Below are positions 31,073 to 40,838 of a DNA stretch of 64,000 bases, piece after piece; the first letter of the stretch is position 1; each line of letters starts with the position of its first letter. The translations under genes and the position numbers were made by a program. The notes beneath the pieces were generated by a model. That model saw only the letters and a program-made list of their open reading frames with translations. It was not told the DNA's origin and did not search any database. This DNA comes from an uncultured Bacilli bacterium. Lineage in GTDB: Bacteria > Bacillota_I > Bacilli_A > RF39 > UBA660. The stretch lies in assembly GCA_944350315.1 (NCBI GenBank), contig CALVON010000025.1, positions 1,208 through 65,207 of the forward strand. Reading direction: 5' to 3'.

Positions 31073-33412
31073 TTACTTTTTTTGAATAAATTCTAGTAAA
31101 CTAATAAACATATTAATATATTTTGGCTCTAAGCCAGATTTTTTTAGTTTACGCAACCCTATTCTTTTTTTGTTTATAGGTAATTCGCTAAATATTATGG
31201 CATCAATTTTTTCTTTTAAAAGAGTATTTATTTCTAGATCGTCTAGTATTCCTTCAATTTCTTCATTAATGACACTAATAGTTTCTATTTCAATATTTTT
31301 TCCAATTATATTTACTTCAATTGGTTGATAAACATCAATATCATTTAATTTTACTATAAGATCATTTTTTTCAATTTCATATTTATGCTCTTTTTGTTCA
31401 TTTTGATAATTTACGATAACTTTTTCTGGACTTTTCATATTTCTAAAACGGAGTAGATAATTTCTATTTGGAATGTTATAATTGCCATCTTTTCTTACAA
31501 TAGTAAATTTATATCCATTTTCTACTTTATCTAGATTCATTTTAGTAATTAAGAAATTCTGTTTATTGTTTAAAGATATTCCATCATCTTCATATAATTC
31601 ATAACTACCATATAGACCATTTTCAGCAGGAAAAATTTGTAGTTCCATATTTGTTGGTACTTCGGTTGTTTCTTCTAGTGACATTGGAATAATTGAACCT
31701 TCTTTTATAAATATTGGATATTCTTCATCTTTATAAAATTCAACATAATATTTGTTTCCAGTAAATTTTTTACCTGTTGTATAATCATACCATATACCAT
31801 TAGGAATGAATATTCTTTGTACAACACGATTCATCTCTAGATTTTTTCTTTTAATAATTGGACTTATCATAATTTTACTACCAAAGAAATATTGATTTAC
31901 ATAGTTTGGTTCATCATATATTTTAGGATATTTATAATATAATGGTTGAATGATTGGAACACCGAACTGATGATATGTATATCCTTCATTATATATATAT
32001 GGTACTAGTTTATTTCTTAATTGCATGTATTCTCTAATGACTGATAAATTTAGTTGATTCCATTTCCATGGTTCTCTTTTATAGTACTTACCAGTATCAC
32101 TGGCTAAGATAAAGATTGGATTAAAGACACCAAATTGAATATATCTTATATATAATTCATCATCTTCAATTCCACCATAATAGCCACCGATTGCATGGGC
32201 ATACCAAGATATTCCCATATTAGCAGCACTATTATTGTAATTTGGTAAAACTCTTAATGTATCCCAACTTACTCTAGTCTTGCCACTATATATAATTGGA
32301 TATCTATGTGGAGCAATGCCTGGATTACGTGATAATATAATTCCTAGTTCATTTAAATTTGCGATTGTATAGTGATAATGATTTAATAAAAACAATCCTT
32401 GTAAATCCGCTTTGTTATAATAATCAATATTAAAAATATTAATACCGGTATTTTTTAAACTACTTAGAACAATATTTAAGTAAGAATTGATTGTATTATT
32501 ATTTAATGGAACAAAACTTATATAATCTTTATAATTATTGATACTTCCTACTAGACTTGGATATAGTGGATCGTTATGATATATTGGTAATTCTGGGTTT
32601 AATGTCAAGCCAAATTTTTGAATTTTATTTTGATAATAGGTATGTAAGGATGATATATCAAACAACGTTTTATCATATGAAAAATTCTCAATATTATTAT
32701 GCCATTTATTTCCTAAAAGAAAAACAGAAATAGGAATATGATTATCATTAAATTTCTTGATGATATTATCAATATCATACATGTTATAAGGGTCATTTTT
32801 GTACCACCATGATCCAAGAGCATATCGCGGTATCATTGGAGGATAACCAGTAAGATTAAAATAATCTTGTAAACATAATCCTAAATCTTGTTTATATACA
32901 AAAAGATATAAATCAAAAAAATCTTCTCTATTTACAAACATTTCATTATCAATGGCAAAAGTATTATCATAAATAGTTGCAAACCCATCAAACGAATATA
33001 ATCCTTTATTTAATTTCAAGTTTTTATCTAAATCATCTAATGAATAATTTATTGTTCCAAGGTTTCTTACTTCTTTTATTTCTGGATACCATTCTTTATC
33101 AGTACCATTAATTACTACTTTAATATTTTTACCATTTATGGGAGCACTTTTGATATATGTAAGAGTAAAATACTCCGTTGTAATTGTCAAAGAAATATCT
33201 GTTTGATTTATAGTGTAAGGAGTGTATCCAAAGTCTCTTTTAACCACTAAGGCTGTAGCTCTATCTTCAAATTTATTATTTTTATTATATTCAATTCTAA
33301 TTAGCCTTGGAGATAAGACAGTAAAACGATATTTATCTCCTCTTACAATATTTCTTCTATTTGCTATCAAGTCTTTTGAATTTTTGACAAAATACGAACA
33401 CAAACCAGCCAT
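31073..33412 (-). CDS. GH31 family protein (altered catalytic acid/base)
   Basis: LTGYPPMIPRYALGSWW, HRYPIIYSGKT, HAIGGY, RYIQFGVFNPI, LYEDDG. Confidence 0.85.
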   Translation of the reverse strand: MAGLCSYFVKNSKDLIANRRNIVRGDKYRFTVLSPRLIRIEYNKNNKFEDRATALVVKRDFGYTPYTINQTDISLTITTEYFTLTYIKSAPINGKNIKVVINGTDKEWYPEIKEVRNLGTINYSLDDLDKNLKLNKGLYSFDGFATIYDNTFAIDNEMFVNREDFFDLYLFVYKQDLGLCLQDYFNLTGYPPMIPRYALGSWWYKNDPYNMYDIDNIIKKFNDNHIPISVFLLGNKWHNNIENFSYDKTLFDISSLHTYYQNKIQKFGLTLNPELPIYHNDPLYPSLVGSINNYKDYISFVPLNNNTINSYLNIVLSSLKNTGINIFNIDYYNKADLQGLFLLNHYHYTIANLNELGIILSRNPGIAPHRYPIIYSGKTRVSWDTLRVLPNYNNSAANMGISWYAHAIGGYYGGIEDDELYIRYIQFGVFNPIFILASDTGKYYKREPWKWNQLNLSVIREYMQLRNKLVPYIYNEGYTYHQFGVPIIQPLYYKYPKIYDEPNYVNQYFFGSKIMISPIIKRKNLEMNRVVQRIFIPNGIWYDYTTGKKFTGNKYYVEFYKDEEYPIFIKEGSIIPMSLEETTEVPTNMELQIFPAENGLYGSYELYEDDGISLNNKQNFLITKMNLDKVENGYKFTIVRKDGNYNIPNRNYLLRFRNMKSPEKVIVNYQNEQKEHKYEIEKNDLIVKLNDIDVYQPIEVNIIGKNIEIETISVINEEIEGILDDLEINTLLKEKIDAIIFSELPINKKRIGLRKLKKSGLEPKYINMFISLLEFIQKK

Positions 33413-33527
33413 ACTATCACCCTTTATTTTAATTTATTATATCATAACTTGCAAAAAAAAGAAATATTTGTTTAAAAAGATAATAATTAAATTTAAAAAG
33501 ACCTTAATGGTCTTTCATGTAATAAAA

Positions 33528-34079
33528 TTATTTACTTCTATTTTTCTCGCTTGATGAATTTATTTCTTCTAAAAAGCTTTCCGAAGCAATATCCCCAAGT
33601 GAGGATGCATGATCAAGGTAGAATTGTGCTAAAGGGTCATTTTTTTCTGGACCTTCACTTTTATAATAAATTATTCCTAAAGTTCTTATTGCATCAACAT
33701 TCCCTAACTTAGATGCTTCTTTATACCATTTTATAGCTTCATTAGTATTTTGTTCTACACCTAATCCTTTTAAATATAACATTCCTAACTTGCACATTGC
33801 GTCATCATGACCTTTTTCAGCTGCGGCTTCTAACCAACTTTTAGCAGTTTGGTAATCTTGAGAACAACCAATACCATATAAGTACATTCTTCCTAGCATG
33901 TACATTGCTCCGATATGACCTAAACTAGCTGCTTTTTCATATAGTTCTATAGCTTTTTTATAGTTTTGTTTAACAACATAGTTACGATAGTTATATCCAA
34001 AATAATATCTATTTCCTTCAAAATAATCTTCATTTGCTAGTTCTTCTTGTGTTCTTCCTTTTTCATAATTACTCTCCAT
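33528..34079 (-). CDS. Sel1-repeat protein
   Basis: AMYMLGRMYLYGIG...AAAEKGH repeats. Confidence 0.9.
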   Translation of the reverse strand: MESNYEKGRTQEELANEDYFEGNRYYFGYNYRNYVVKQNYKKAIELYEKAASLGHIGAMYMLGRMYLYGIGCSQDYQTAKSWLEAAAEKGHDDAMCKLGMLYLKGLGVEQNTNEAIKWYKEASKLGNVDAIRTLGIIYYKSEGPEKNDPLAQFYLDHASSLGDIASESFLEEINSSSEKNRSK

Positions 34080-34153
34080 TTACAAAAACTCCCTTCGTAA
34101 TATTGATTTTTTATATTATATCATATTTTATAAAAAATAACAAATGGGGCTTT

Positions 34154-36436
34154 TTAACTGTTTTTAATAATAATCCTTGTAGTTAAATTATCACTAGCAT
34201 TATCTTTTGTATAATTATAATTAAAAATTGTAGAACTACTCTCGTTGGCTATTCCTCCTCTTGATAACCAATTATTAACACTGTCCATATAACTATAATT
34301 ATTACTATCCCATATGCCATTATTTAATAATAATTCTTTAGTGGCATCTCCAAGGATAAAACTGTTATTATAATATAAATCATAATCATTATTACTTATA
34401 GCTATGTTTTGGAAATTAGAATTAGTTAACGATATTTCACTATCTTTGGTTGTGTAATTTGCCATAGTAAATTCTGCTTTACTACCGGCCATATCATATA
34501 CTCCATAAATGTTTAGTGTTGTACTATCTAAATTGTTGGTTCCACTAATATATGTATTGTTGGCTTCAATTTTTTTGCATGTATTATTTTGACATACTCC
34601 ATATTTAGAGTGCGATAAGTACACGATTGCTCCCCATTCACTATTTTTTATAACACTATATTCATTACCTAGTTTTTTTATCGATTGATAGAAGTTAGCT
34701 AAATTGTTATTACTCCAAACGTTACCACCATACTTACTTTCTAACTTTAATGAGGTATTTTGGCAATTGCTTTTATCTGTTTGGTTACAATTACTATCGG
34801 TTGTGGATACTTCATATTTACTAACCCATATTCCTGATAATTCATTATCTACTGTAGTAAATGCGGGATGAGTATAATACTTTCCATTATCAGTTTCATT
34901 AACAGGAGTTACCTTCAAGGTATCACTATAACAATTACTGTTTTCACAATATATTGTTCCTGAAGTCGAAGTATCTCTTTCGAAAATAATATCAATTCCA
35001 TTTTGATAAGCATTATAACTATCTATACCAGACTCTCCAGTAACATTCCATAATTTATATTTAAATCTCGGTATCCAAACATAATATGAATTAATATCAT
35101 CATTATTAATGGCTGTTCCGTTAGGTCTTGATAAGTAATATTCTTTTACAGTCATTGGGGTAAATTCATTGTATCCTTCAATTAAACCATTATAAATAAT
35201 ATCTATATCATCTTTATAATTATTATTAATTTCATCTTCGGTTAAAATACTATTATATATATATATATCACTCAATATTAGATTGCTTACTTTATCATTA
35301 TTAATATTTGTCCCTACTTTAAATGATGAAGGGGATTTAATTTTTGATGATATTTTGGCTGATGACAATAATAGACCGTTGGAATAAAATTTAACTGTAT
35401 CTTCATCGTAAGTAAATCCTAAAGTATACCACATTTTTTCGCTTAAAATATATGCTGATGAAGTAACTTTAACGTCACCATTTTCAAAAACAAATTTTTT
35501 TAATGATGAATTATAATAATAACTTATTTTATTATTAGTTAGGATATATATATTATCCGTATTTATTTCATCTAATTTTATTTTAACAATAGAACTTATT
35601 TTATCATATTGATAATTTTGAAGCCCTATATCAAGATAGTCTTCTTGAATAATTAAATTACTATTATTGATAGTAGGATTATCAATTATTAAATTGTTAT
35701 TTCCTGTTACATCATATATTTGCTTACTACTTTCATTTAATATCGCCGTATTAGCCCAAATACTAGAATCATAGTCATACCAAAGATATTTTTTATTAGT
35801 GTTACTTGAATCAGCTTTTTTCCATGTATTTTCATTTTTGTCATAATAAATTGGAATCATATCTTCAGTTAAGTTTGGGTAATTAGCTCCGCTTGAATCA
35901 AGCGTTTTATAGATAGCTGATCCGGAAGATACAACTTTAGCATCAAATTTTTTTCCAAGTTCACTATTAGGAGTATCAATATCTAACCAAATACTAATTT
36001 TAAATGTTAATTGTTCGTTTGGACGAATTATAATATTAGAAGCAATAATACTTTCAAGATTTGATAAGGTATCTGGCATATTATCATTTACTTTTACTTT
36101 AATATATTTACTATTTATAATATTTTCATCATCTGTAGATAACATTTTTAAATCAAATAAATAAGTAAGAGTTCCATTATTTTTTATAGTTAAAGTATAT
36201 GGAGTAAGTTTTTCACCATCACTATCATACATTGGAAAGGCAGAATCTAGTTTTATTTGTTCATCTTCAATAAATTGTAAATCTAATATTCCAGTATTAT
36301 AGTTAAATGATTCCGTATTATCTGATTTTAAAAATAAAGAATAAGTTGTATCACTAAGGCTGACAATAACGAAAAATATTGCTAGTGCCATTAAGTAATT
36401 TTTTTTAGTTTCTATAAATTTTAACATTATTATCAT
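34154..36436 (-). CDS. TasA-like domain + LamG/ConA-like insertion + FGE/CLec-fold domain protein
   Basis: DTTYSLF signal end, NNGTL, FKISIWLD...GKKFDAKV; WYTLGFTYD...FYSNG...IYNSILTEDEI; GVYDMAG, WLSRGG. Confidence 0.72.
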   Translation of the reverse strand: MIIMLKFIETKKNYLMALAIFFVIVSLSDTTYSLFLKSDNTESFNYNTGILDLQFIEDEQIKLDSAFPMYDSDGEKLTPYTLTIKNNGTLTYLFDLKMLSTDDENIINSKYIKVKVNDNMPDTLSNLESIIASNIIIRPNEQLTFKISIWLDIDTPNSELGKKFDAKVVSSGSAIYKTLDSSGANYPNLTEDMIPIYYDKNENTWKKADSSNTNKKYLWYDYDSSIWANTAILNESSKQIYDVTGNNNLIIDNPTINNSNLIIQEDYLDIGLQNYQYDKISSIVKIKLDEINTDNIYILTNNKISYYYNSSLKKFVFENGDVKVTSSAYILSEKMWYTLGFTYDEDTVKFYSNGLLLSSAKISSKIKSPSSFKVGTNINNDKVSNLILSDIYIYNSILTEDEINNNYKDDIDIIYNGLIEGYNEFTPMTVKEYYLSRPNGTAINNDDINSYYVWIPRFKYKLWNVTGESGIDSYNAYQNGIDIIFERDTSTSGTIYCENSNCYSDTLKVTPVNETDNGKYYTHPAFTTVDNELSGIWVSKYEVSTTDSNCNQTDKSNCQNTSLKLESKYGGNVWSNNNLANFYQSIKKLGNEYSVIKNSEWGAIVYLSHSKYGVCQNNTCKKIEANNTYISGTNNLDSTTLNIYGVYDMAGSKAEFTMANYTTKDSEISLTNSNFQNIAISNNDYDLYYNNSFILGDATKELLLNNGIWDSNNYSYMDSVNNWLSRGGIANESSSTIFNYNYTKDNASDNLTTRIIIKNS

Positions 36437-36451
36437 CGCCTCTTTTCTATT

Positions 36452-38104
36452 TTATCCTTCTATCCATGAGTATACTTTTATTGTTCCATAAAAATATTTA
36501 TTTTGCATAGAGTTAGGAATTGTTTCATAATCTGTCCATAACATTAATCGTATATCTACGGTATCATATGGTTCTATGACATCATCTAGTAAGATATAAT
36601 TGGTTCCTTTTATGTTTAAAGAATTACTAATATTATCTTGATACCAAATGTTATTATCTAAACGTTTGGCTTGATAATATTTTTCTTTTACTTGAAGTTG
36701 ATACCGGATATATTGAACATCTAAATCAGTTTTATCAGATTTTTCTATAACAAGTCGATATTTTATTTCTTTATCAGTATTATTGGTTATGGTAAATATA
36801 TTATCTTCTTCTTCTAATTCATCAGTTGTAATTTTTTCAATTTTACCATCTTTATCATACAATATTCCATCTTTAGGAACTATTGCTATATAATCACTAG
36901 TTTCTATCACTGCCGTTTTTTCAAATTGGCTAACTTTTTCATCTTCAATGTTAGTTGTTTTGGTCAACTCTTCTTTTTCACCTTCAACTGTAGAAATTTG
37001 ATTATTTTGATATTTTATATTGCTATTTTCATCAGTGTAATATGTTTTATTGTTATAATTAAATACGGCTCCACCATTAGTGTAATATGTTATATTATCA
37101 ACTTTATAGCTTACTTCAACATATATGTTATCAACAATTTCATATATGTCATTATCATTAATAATTATACTATTACTTTTTCTTACACTAATTGTTTTAG
37201 TGCCATCTTTAATGATGGCTCCACCATCTTGATAATAATCGATGACTATGCCATTTTTCATTTTTTTAGTTTTAATAATTGTAGCAGCATTATTATTCTT
37301 AAATAAAACATCATTATCAGTGATATTAAGATCATTCTCGCTTCTAACAATAAAATTTTGATTATTTTTTTCTACTAAAATGGTTCCATCATAATAATAG
37401 TTTAACTTTATTTTTCCTATGCTCTTTGTTTCTTTTAAGTATGTTACTTTATTGTTTGAAATGTAATTGTCTGAAATATCTTTAGCATTTCTAACAAACA
37501 TATCTATTTCAGAATTAGTTATTTCTGCAGAACCGTCAGAAAAATACGAAACGGTTCCCCAAGGGTATTCCTTAGTGGTTGTTAAATAAATATCTTTTAT
37601 AGTAGCATTTGTGTTTATTACTCCATATTTATCAATTCCATAATCACCATTTTCTAATGGATTGATTCTAGTTATTAAGTTACTATTTTTCATTATTTTT
37701 AAGGCAGTTTTGTCACTATAAAATTTAATAATATAGTTACTAGATTCGACTACTTTAATTGTTAATACTTCACCATTTGGTTTAAATTTACTATTATTTA
37801 AAAATTGATTTTTAGCAGCATCTTCTGTAAGTGGAATAGGACTTCCTGTTATATATTTATTTTCATCAGTCAAAGATGTTTCTAGAGGAGTCTCAGTAAC
37901 GGTTGGCTGATTGCTTTTATAGATATTAGATATGAAGATAAACATTCCGCCAATAAATATAAGAAAAGCTAGGACTAATAAAATAGCTAGGAGACGAAAA
38001 CGATGCTTATGCCAAAAGGCAACTATGTAGTTCTGTTTTTCTTCAAGAACAATTTGTTCTTCTTGCTTATTTAATTCGACAACTTCTAATTTCTTTTTAA
38101 ACAT
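36452..38104 (-). CDS. Membrane-anchored beta-repeat protein with C-terminal TasA-like domain
   Basis: N-terminal TM; repeats FYSDKTA/YFSDGSA/YYYDGTI/YYQDGGA/YYTNGGA; IRLMLWTD...MQNKYFYGTIKV. Confidence 0.62.
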   Translation of the reverse strand: MFKKKLEVVELNKQEEQIVLEEKQNYIVAFWHKHRFRLLAILLVLAFLIFIGGMFIFISNIYKSNQPTVTETPLETSLTDENKYITGSPIPLTEDAAKNQFLNNSKFKPNGEVLTIKVVESSNYIIKFYSDKTALKIMKNSNLITRINPLENGDYGIDKYGVINTNATIKDIYLTTTKEYPWGTVSYFSDGSAEITNSEIDMFVRNAKDISDNYISNNKVTYLKETKSIGKIKLNYYYDGTILVEKNNQNFIVRSENDLNITDNDVLFKNNNAATIIKTKKMKNGIVIDYYQDGGAIIKDGTKTISVRKSNSIIINDNDIYEIVDNIYVEVSYKVDNITYYTNGGAVFNYNNKTYYTDENSNIKYQNNQISTVEGEKEELTKTTNIEDEKVSQFEKTAVIETSDYIAIVPKDGILYDKDGKIEKITTDELEEEDNIFTITNNTDKEIKYRLVIEKSDKTDLDVQYIRYQLQVKEKYYQAKRLDNNIWYQDNISNSLNIKGTNYILLDDVIEPYDTVDIRLMLWTDYETIPNSMQNKYFYGTIKVYSWIEG

Positions 38105-38131
38105 ATTATCATTCCTAACTATTATTAAATA

Positions 38132-38788
38132 TTATTCTTTAATTAATTTAGTTTTTTGACCAAGTTTTTTAAACATTTTCATTATGTCATAAGACAAAAT
38201 AATTAAACAAGGGATAAGAACTACGATGATTAATCCGCCTTTGCTAGATAAAATATCTTGAAGATATCCTAATTTGGGTATTTTTAAAATTACTTTACCT
38301 AAAATATTATCATTAGGAACCAATGCACTGTCAGCAACATTATTATTATCTCCTCTTGTCCGATAAGAATAGGTTCCAAGTGATTCATCATAAAATTTAT
38401 CAACTATACGGTGAGTTATTGATATTCCTCCAAATCTGGTATCAGGAGAAATAAAAGTGATAATATCTCCTATTTCTAATTCGTCTTCAGCTACTTTTTT
38501 GGTGACTACGATATCTTTAATTTGAATTTCGGGAAGCATACTACCTGATAGAACAACATAGGCATTAAATGTAGGAGCAGAATAATCTCCTTTCATAGCT
38601 CTTATTTTTATATCTGCAATATACAAAAGGAGTGTTCCTCCTACTAGTAATAGAAAAATAAAAATAGCATATGACATGACACTTACGAGATATCTAAAAG
38701 CATTTTCTTTGTGTTTAATTATTTTTACTTTATAGTGTTTTACTTTAAAGATATTATTATTACCGGCTAGTTCAATATTTGTATCCAT
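38132..38788 (-). CDS. sipW: Signal peptidase I, SipW/ER-type (Ser-His dyad)
   Basis: VVLSGSMLPEI, GDIITF, ITHRIV, TRGDNNNVAD, IPKLGY. Confidence 0.88.
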   Translation of the reverse strand: MDTNIELAGNNNIFKVKHYKVKIIKHKENAFRYLVSVMSYAIFIFLLLVGGTLLLYIADIKIRAMKGDYSAPTFNAYVVLSGSMLPEIQIKDIVVTKKVAEDELEIGDIITFISPDTRFGGISITHRIVDKFYDESLGTYSYRTRGDNNNVADSALVPNDNILGKVILKIPKLGYLQDILSSKGGLIIVVLIPCLIILSYDIMKMFKKLGQKTKLIKE

Positions 38789-38916
38789 AGAAACACTCCC
38801 TTATTCTCTGTTAATTATTATAATATAGTTTTAGGTAAAAAACAAGATGTATTAGGAAAAATATTATGATATTTATTGATAATAAAAACAACATCAATGC
38901 ATAAATGTTGTTTTTA

Positions 38917-39747
38917 TTATATATCTAATAAATTGAAGATAATTCCACAGAAACTAGAAAAGATAATTAACGTTAAAACAATTAAAATGTTTTCTTTTAA
39001 ACGCTTATTTTGTTTAAATAATATTAATCCCCCCACTCCAGAACCTGCTAATAATCCAGAAATACAACTACCAAAAGAAATAACTTTTTCTATATATAAT
39101 TGGGTAATAATGACACTGGATGCACAGTTAGGAATTAATCCAATAACACTAGTAATAATTGGAGATATTATCTTGTTATTTTGAGTAAAAGTAGCAATTA
39201 TACTTTTATCTATTATTGAATTTAAAAATATATTAATAATTAAAATAAAAAAAGTAATTTTCATAGTGTGAATAATACTTGATTTAATAACACTATCTTC
39301 ACAGTGACAATTTTCATGTTGGCAAAATTTCTCAATTTCTTTAGTACTTTGCTTTCTTTTATATACTAAATCAACAAGCATACCAAAGATAAGCCCTAAT
39401 AAAAACTTAATTAGTAATATTTCAAAGATTATCTTACTACTTACTTTGCTTGATATAAGAATAGGAAGCATTTCATCAGATGTTGATAAATAAATAGAAA
39501 AAAGCGTACCTAGGGTAATAACTCTAGCGGCATAAAGATTGGAGGCTAAAGCGGAAAAACCACATTGAGGAATAATTCCTAATGTTGCTCCTGCTAATGG
39601 GCCAAATTTATTAATTTTAGCTAACTTTTTTTTATTATTAAATTTATGTTCAATTAGTTCCATAATAATAAATGAAACAAATAAGAAGGGAATTAATTTT
39701 AATGAATCAAGCATAGCATCAATTAATATTTCTATCATTTTTATCAC
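38917..39747 (-). CDS. Putative metal (Mn/As-type) permease
   Basis: GIIPQCGFS, STSDE, CQHENCHC loop, GLIPNCASSV. Confidence 0.75.
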   Translation of the reverse strand: MIKMIEILIDAMLDSLKLIPFLFVSFIIMELIEHKFNNKKKLAKINKFGPLAGATLGIIPQCGFSALASNLYAARVITLGTLFSIYLSTSDEMLPILISSKVSSKIIFEILLIKFLLGLIFGMLVDLVYKRKQSTKEIEKFCQHENCHCEDSVIKSSIIHTMKITFFILIINIFLNSIIDKSIIATFTQNNKIISPIITSVIGLIPNCASSVIITQLYIEKVISFGSCISGLLAGSGVGGLILFKQNKRLKENILIVLTLIIFSSFCGIIFNLLDI

Positions 39748-39874
39748 ACTTTCTTTTAATTAATTATTTTTCACAAGAGAATTTGTAATTCAATTTTTTT
39801 TATTATACTATATGTTTTTTTATATGTAAACAATTAAAAAGAATAGAGGTTATCTATTCTTTAATATTCATTAG

Positions 39875-40084
39875 TTATTTATTTTGATTATAAGAACCAC
39901 TTAATTGATTTTGTCCTAATTTAACTAATCTCTTAGTGATTTCTCCACCAACTGATCCGTTAGCTCTTGAAGTTGCATCTGGTCCTAAGTTAACACCAAA
40001 TTCGTTAGCTATTTCATATTTCATTCTTTCGATAGCTTGTTTTGCTCCTGGAACAACTAGTTTGCTATTGTTTGAATTATTCAT
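39875..40084 (-). CDS. Alpha/beta-type small acid-soluble spore protein
   Basis: [34 protein letters not shown]. Confidence 0.97.
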   Translation of the reverse strand: MNNSNNSKLVVPGAKQAIERMKYEIANEFGVNLGPDATSRANGSVGGEITKRLVKLGQNQLSGSYNQNK

Positions 40085-40104
40085 TATTTCACCTCCTACA
40101 CTTA

Positions 40105-40133
40105 TAGATTGTGAAATAATATAAATTTAATAC
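40105..40133 (-). promoter_or_regulatory. SigG-like promoter of the SASP gene
   Basis: GTATT-17bp-CAATCTA resembling the GHATR/CATWHTA consensus. Confidence 0.4.
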
Positions 40134-40163
40134 CCTTTTTTTAATGGTAATTTTTACATATAA

Positions 40164-40793
40164 TTATTTTACTATTACATATCGTGTTTTAGTAGTAGTA
40201 ACTCCAGAAGAATTTACTACTGTATAAATAACAGTATAAGTTCCTTCTTTTGAAGTATCTACATTATTAGTCACTGTAACTTTATTAGTTATATCACTGT
40301 CTAATGAGTCAATAGCAATATATCCAGGTTCATTATAAGCAGAACCAACTGAAAGTGATAGGTGTTCTTCACCTTTTAGATAAATAGTTGTATTACCTAC
40401 TCCTCTTTCAATTACCGTTATAGTTCTCTTTTTAACTGTATCTTTTAATCTATAAATTATTTCATATGTTCCAACAGTGTTAGTATCAATATTATTTTCA
40501 ACAGTAACTTCACTTGTCAAATCATTTTGCTTATTATCAAATCCCTCATATCCTAATTCATAGTATGTAGTCCCTTGATATATAGTAATTTTTTCTTCGC
40601 CTTCTAATGTTATAAAGTACTTTGTTCTATTTGCAAAAATGACGATAACCATTATTATAATTATTAAAGCTAAAACAACACCACCAATTATTAATGGTAA
40701 CTTTAATTTAGATAAATTAATACTAAAACCTTTTTTAAACTGATTATCAATATTAGTATTTCCTCTTTCAGTATTTAAATACATATTAACCAC
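40164..40793 (-). CDS. Membrane protein with two DUF5011-type Ig-like domains
   Basis: ITLEG...ELGYEGFD...DLTSEV...IDTNTVGTYEIIY, repeated twice. Confidence 0.85.
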   Translation of the reverse strand: MVNMYLNTERGNTNIDNQFKKGFSINLSKLKLPLIIGGVVLALIIIIMVIVIFANRTKYFITLEGEEKITIYQGTTYYELGYEGFDNKQNDLTSEVTVENNIDTNTVGTYEIIYRLKDTVKKRTITVIERGVGNTTIYLKGEEHLSLSVGSAYNEPGYIAIDSLDSDITNKVTVTNNVDTSKEGTYTVIYTVVNSSGVTTTKTRYVIVK

Positions 40794-40838
40794 CTCTAGA
40801 ATAATTTAATTATACTATAAAATAATTAATTATTCAAA

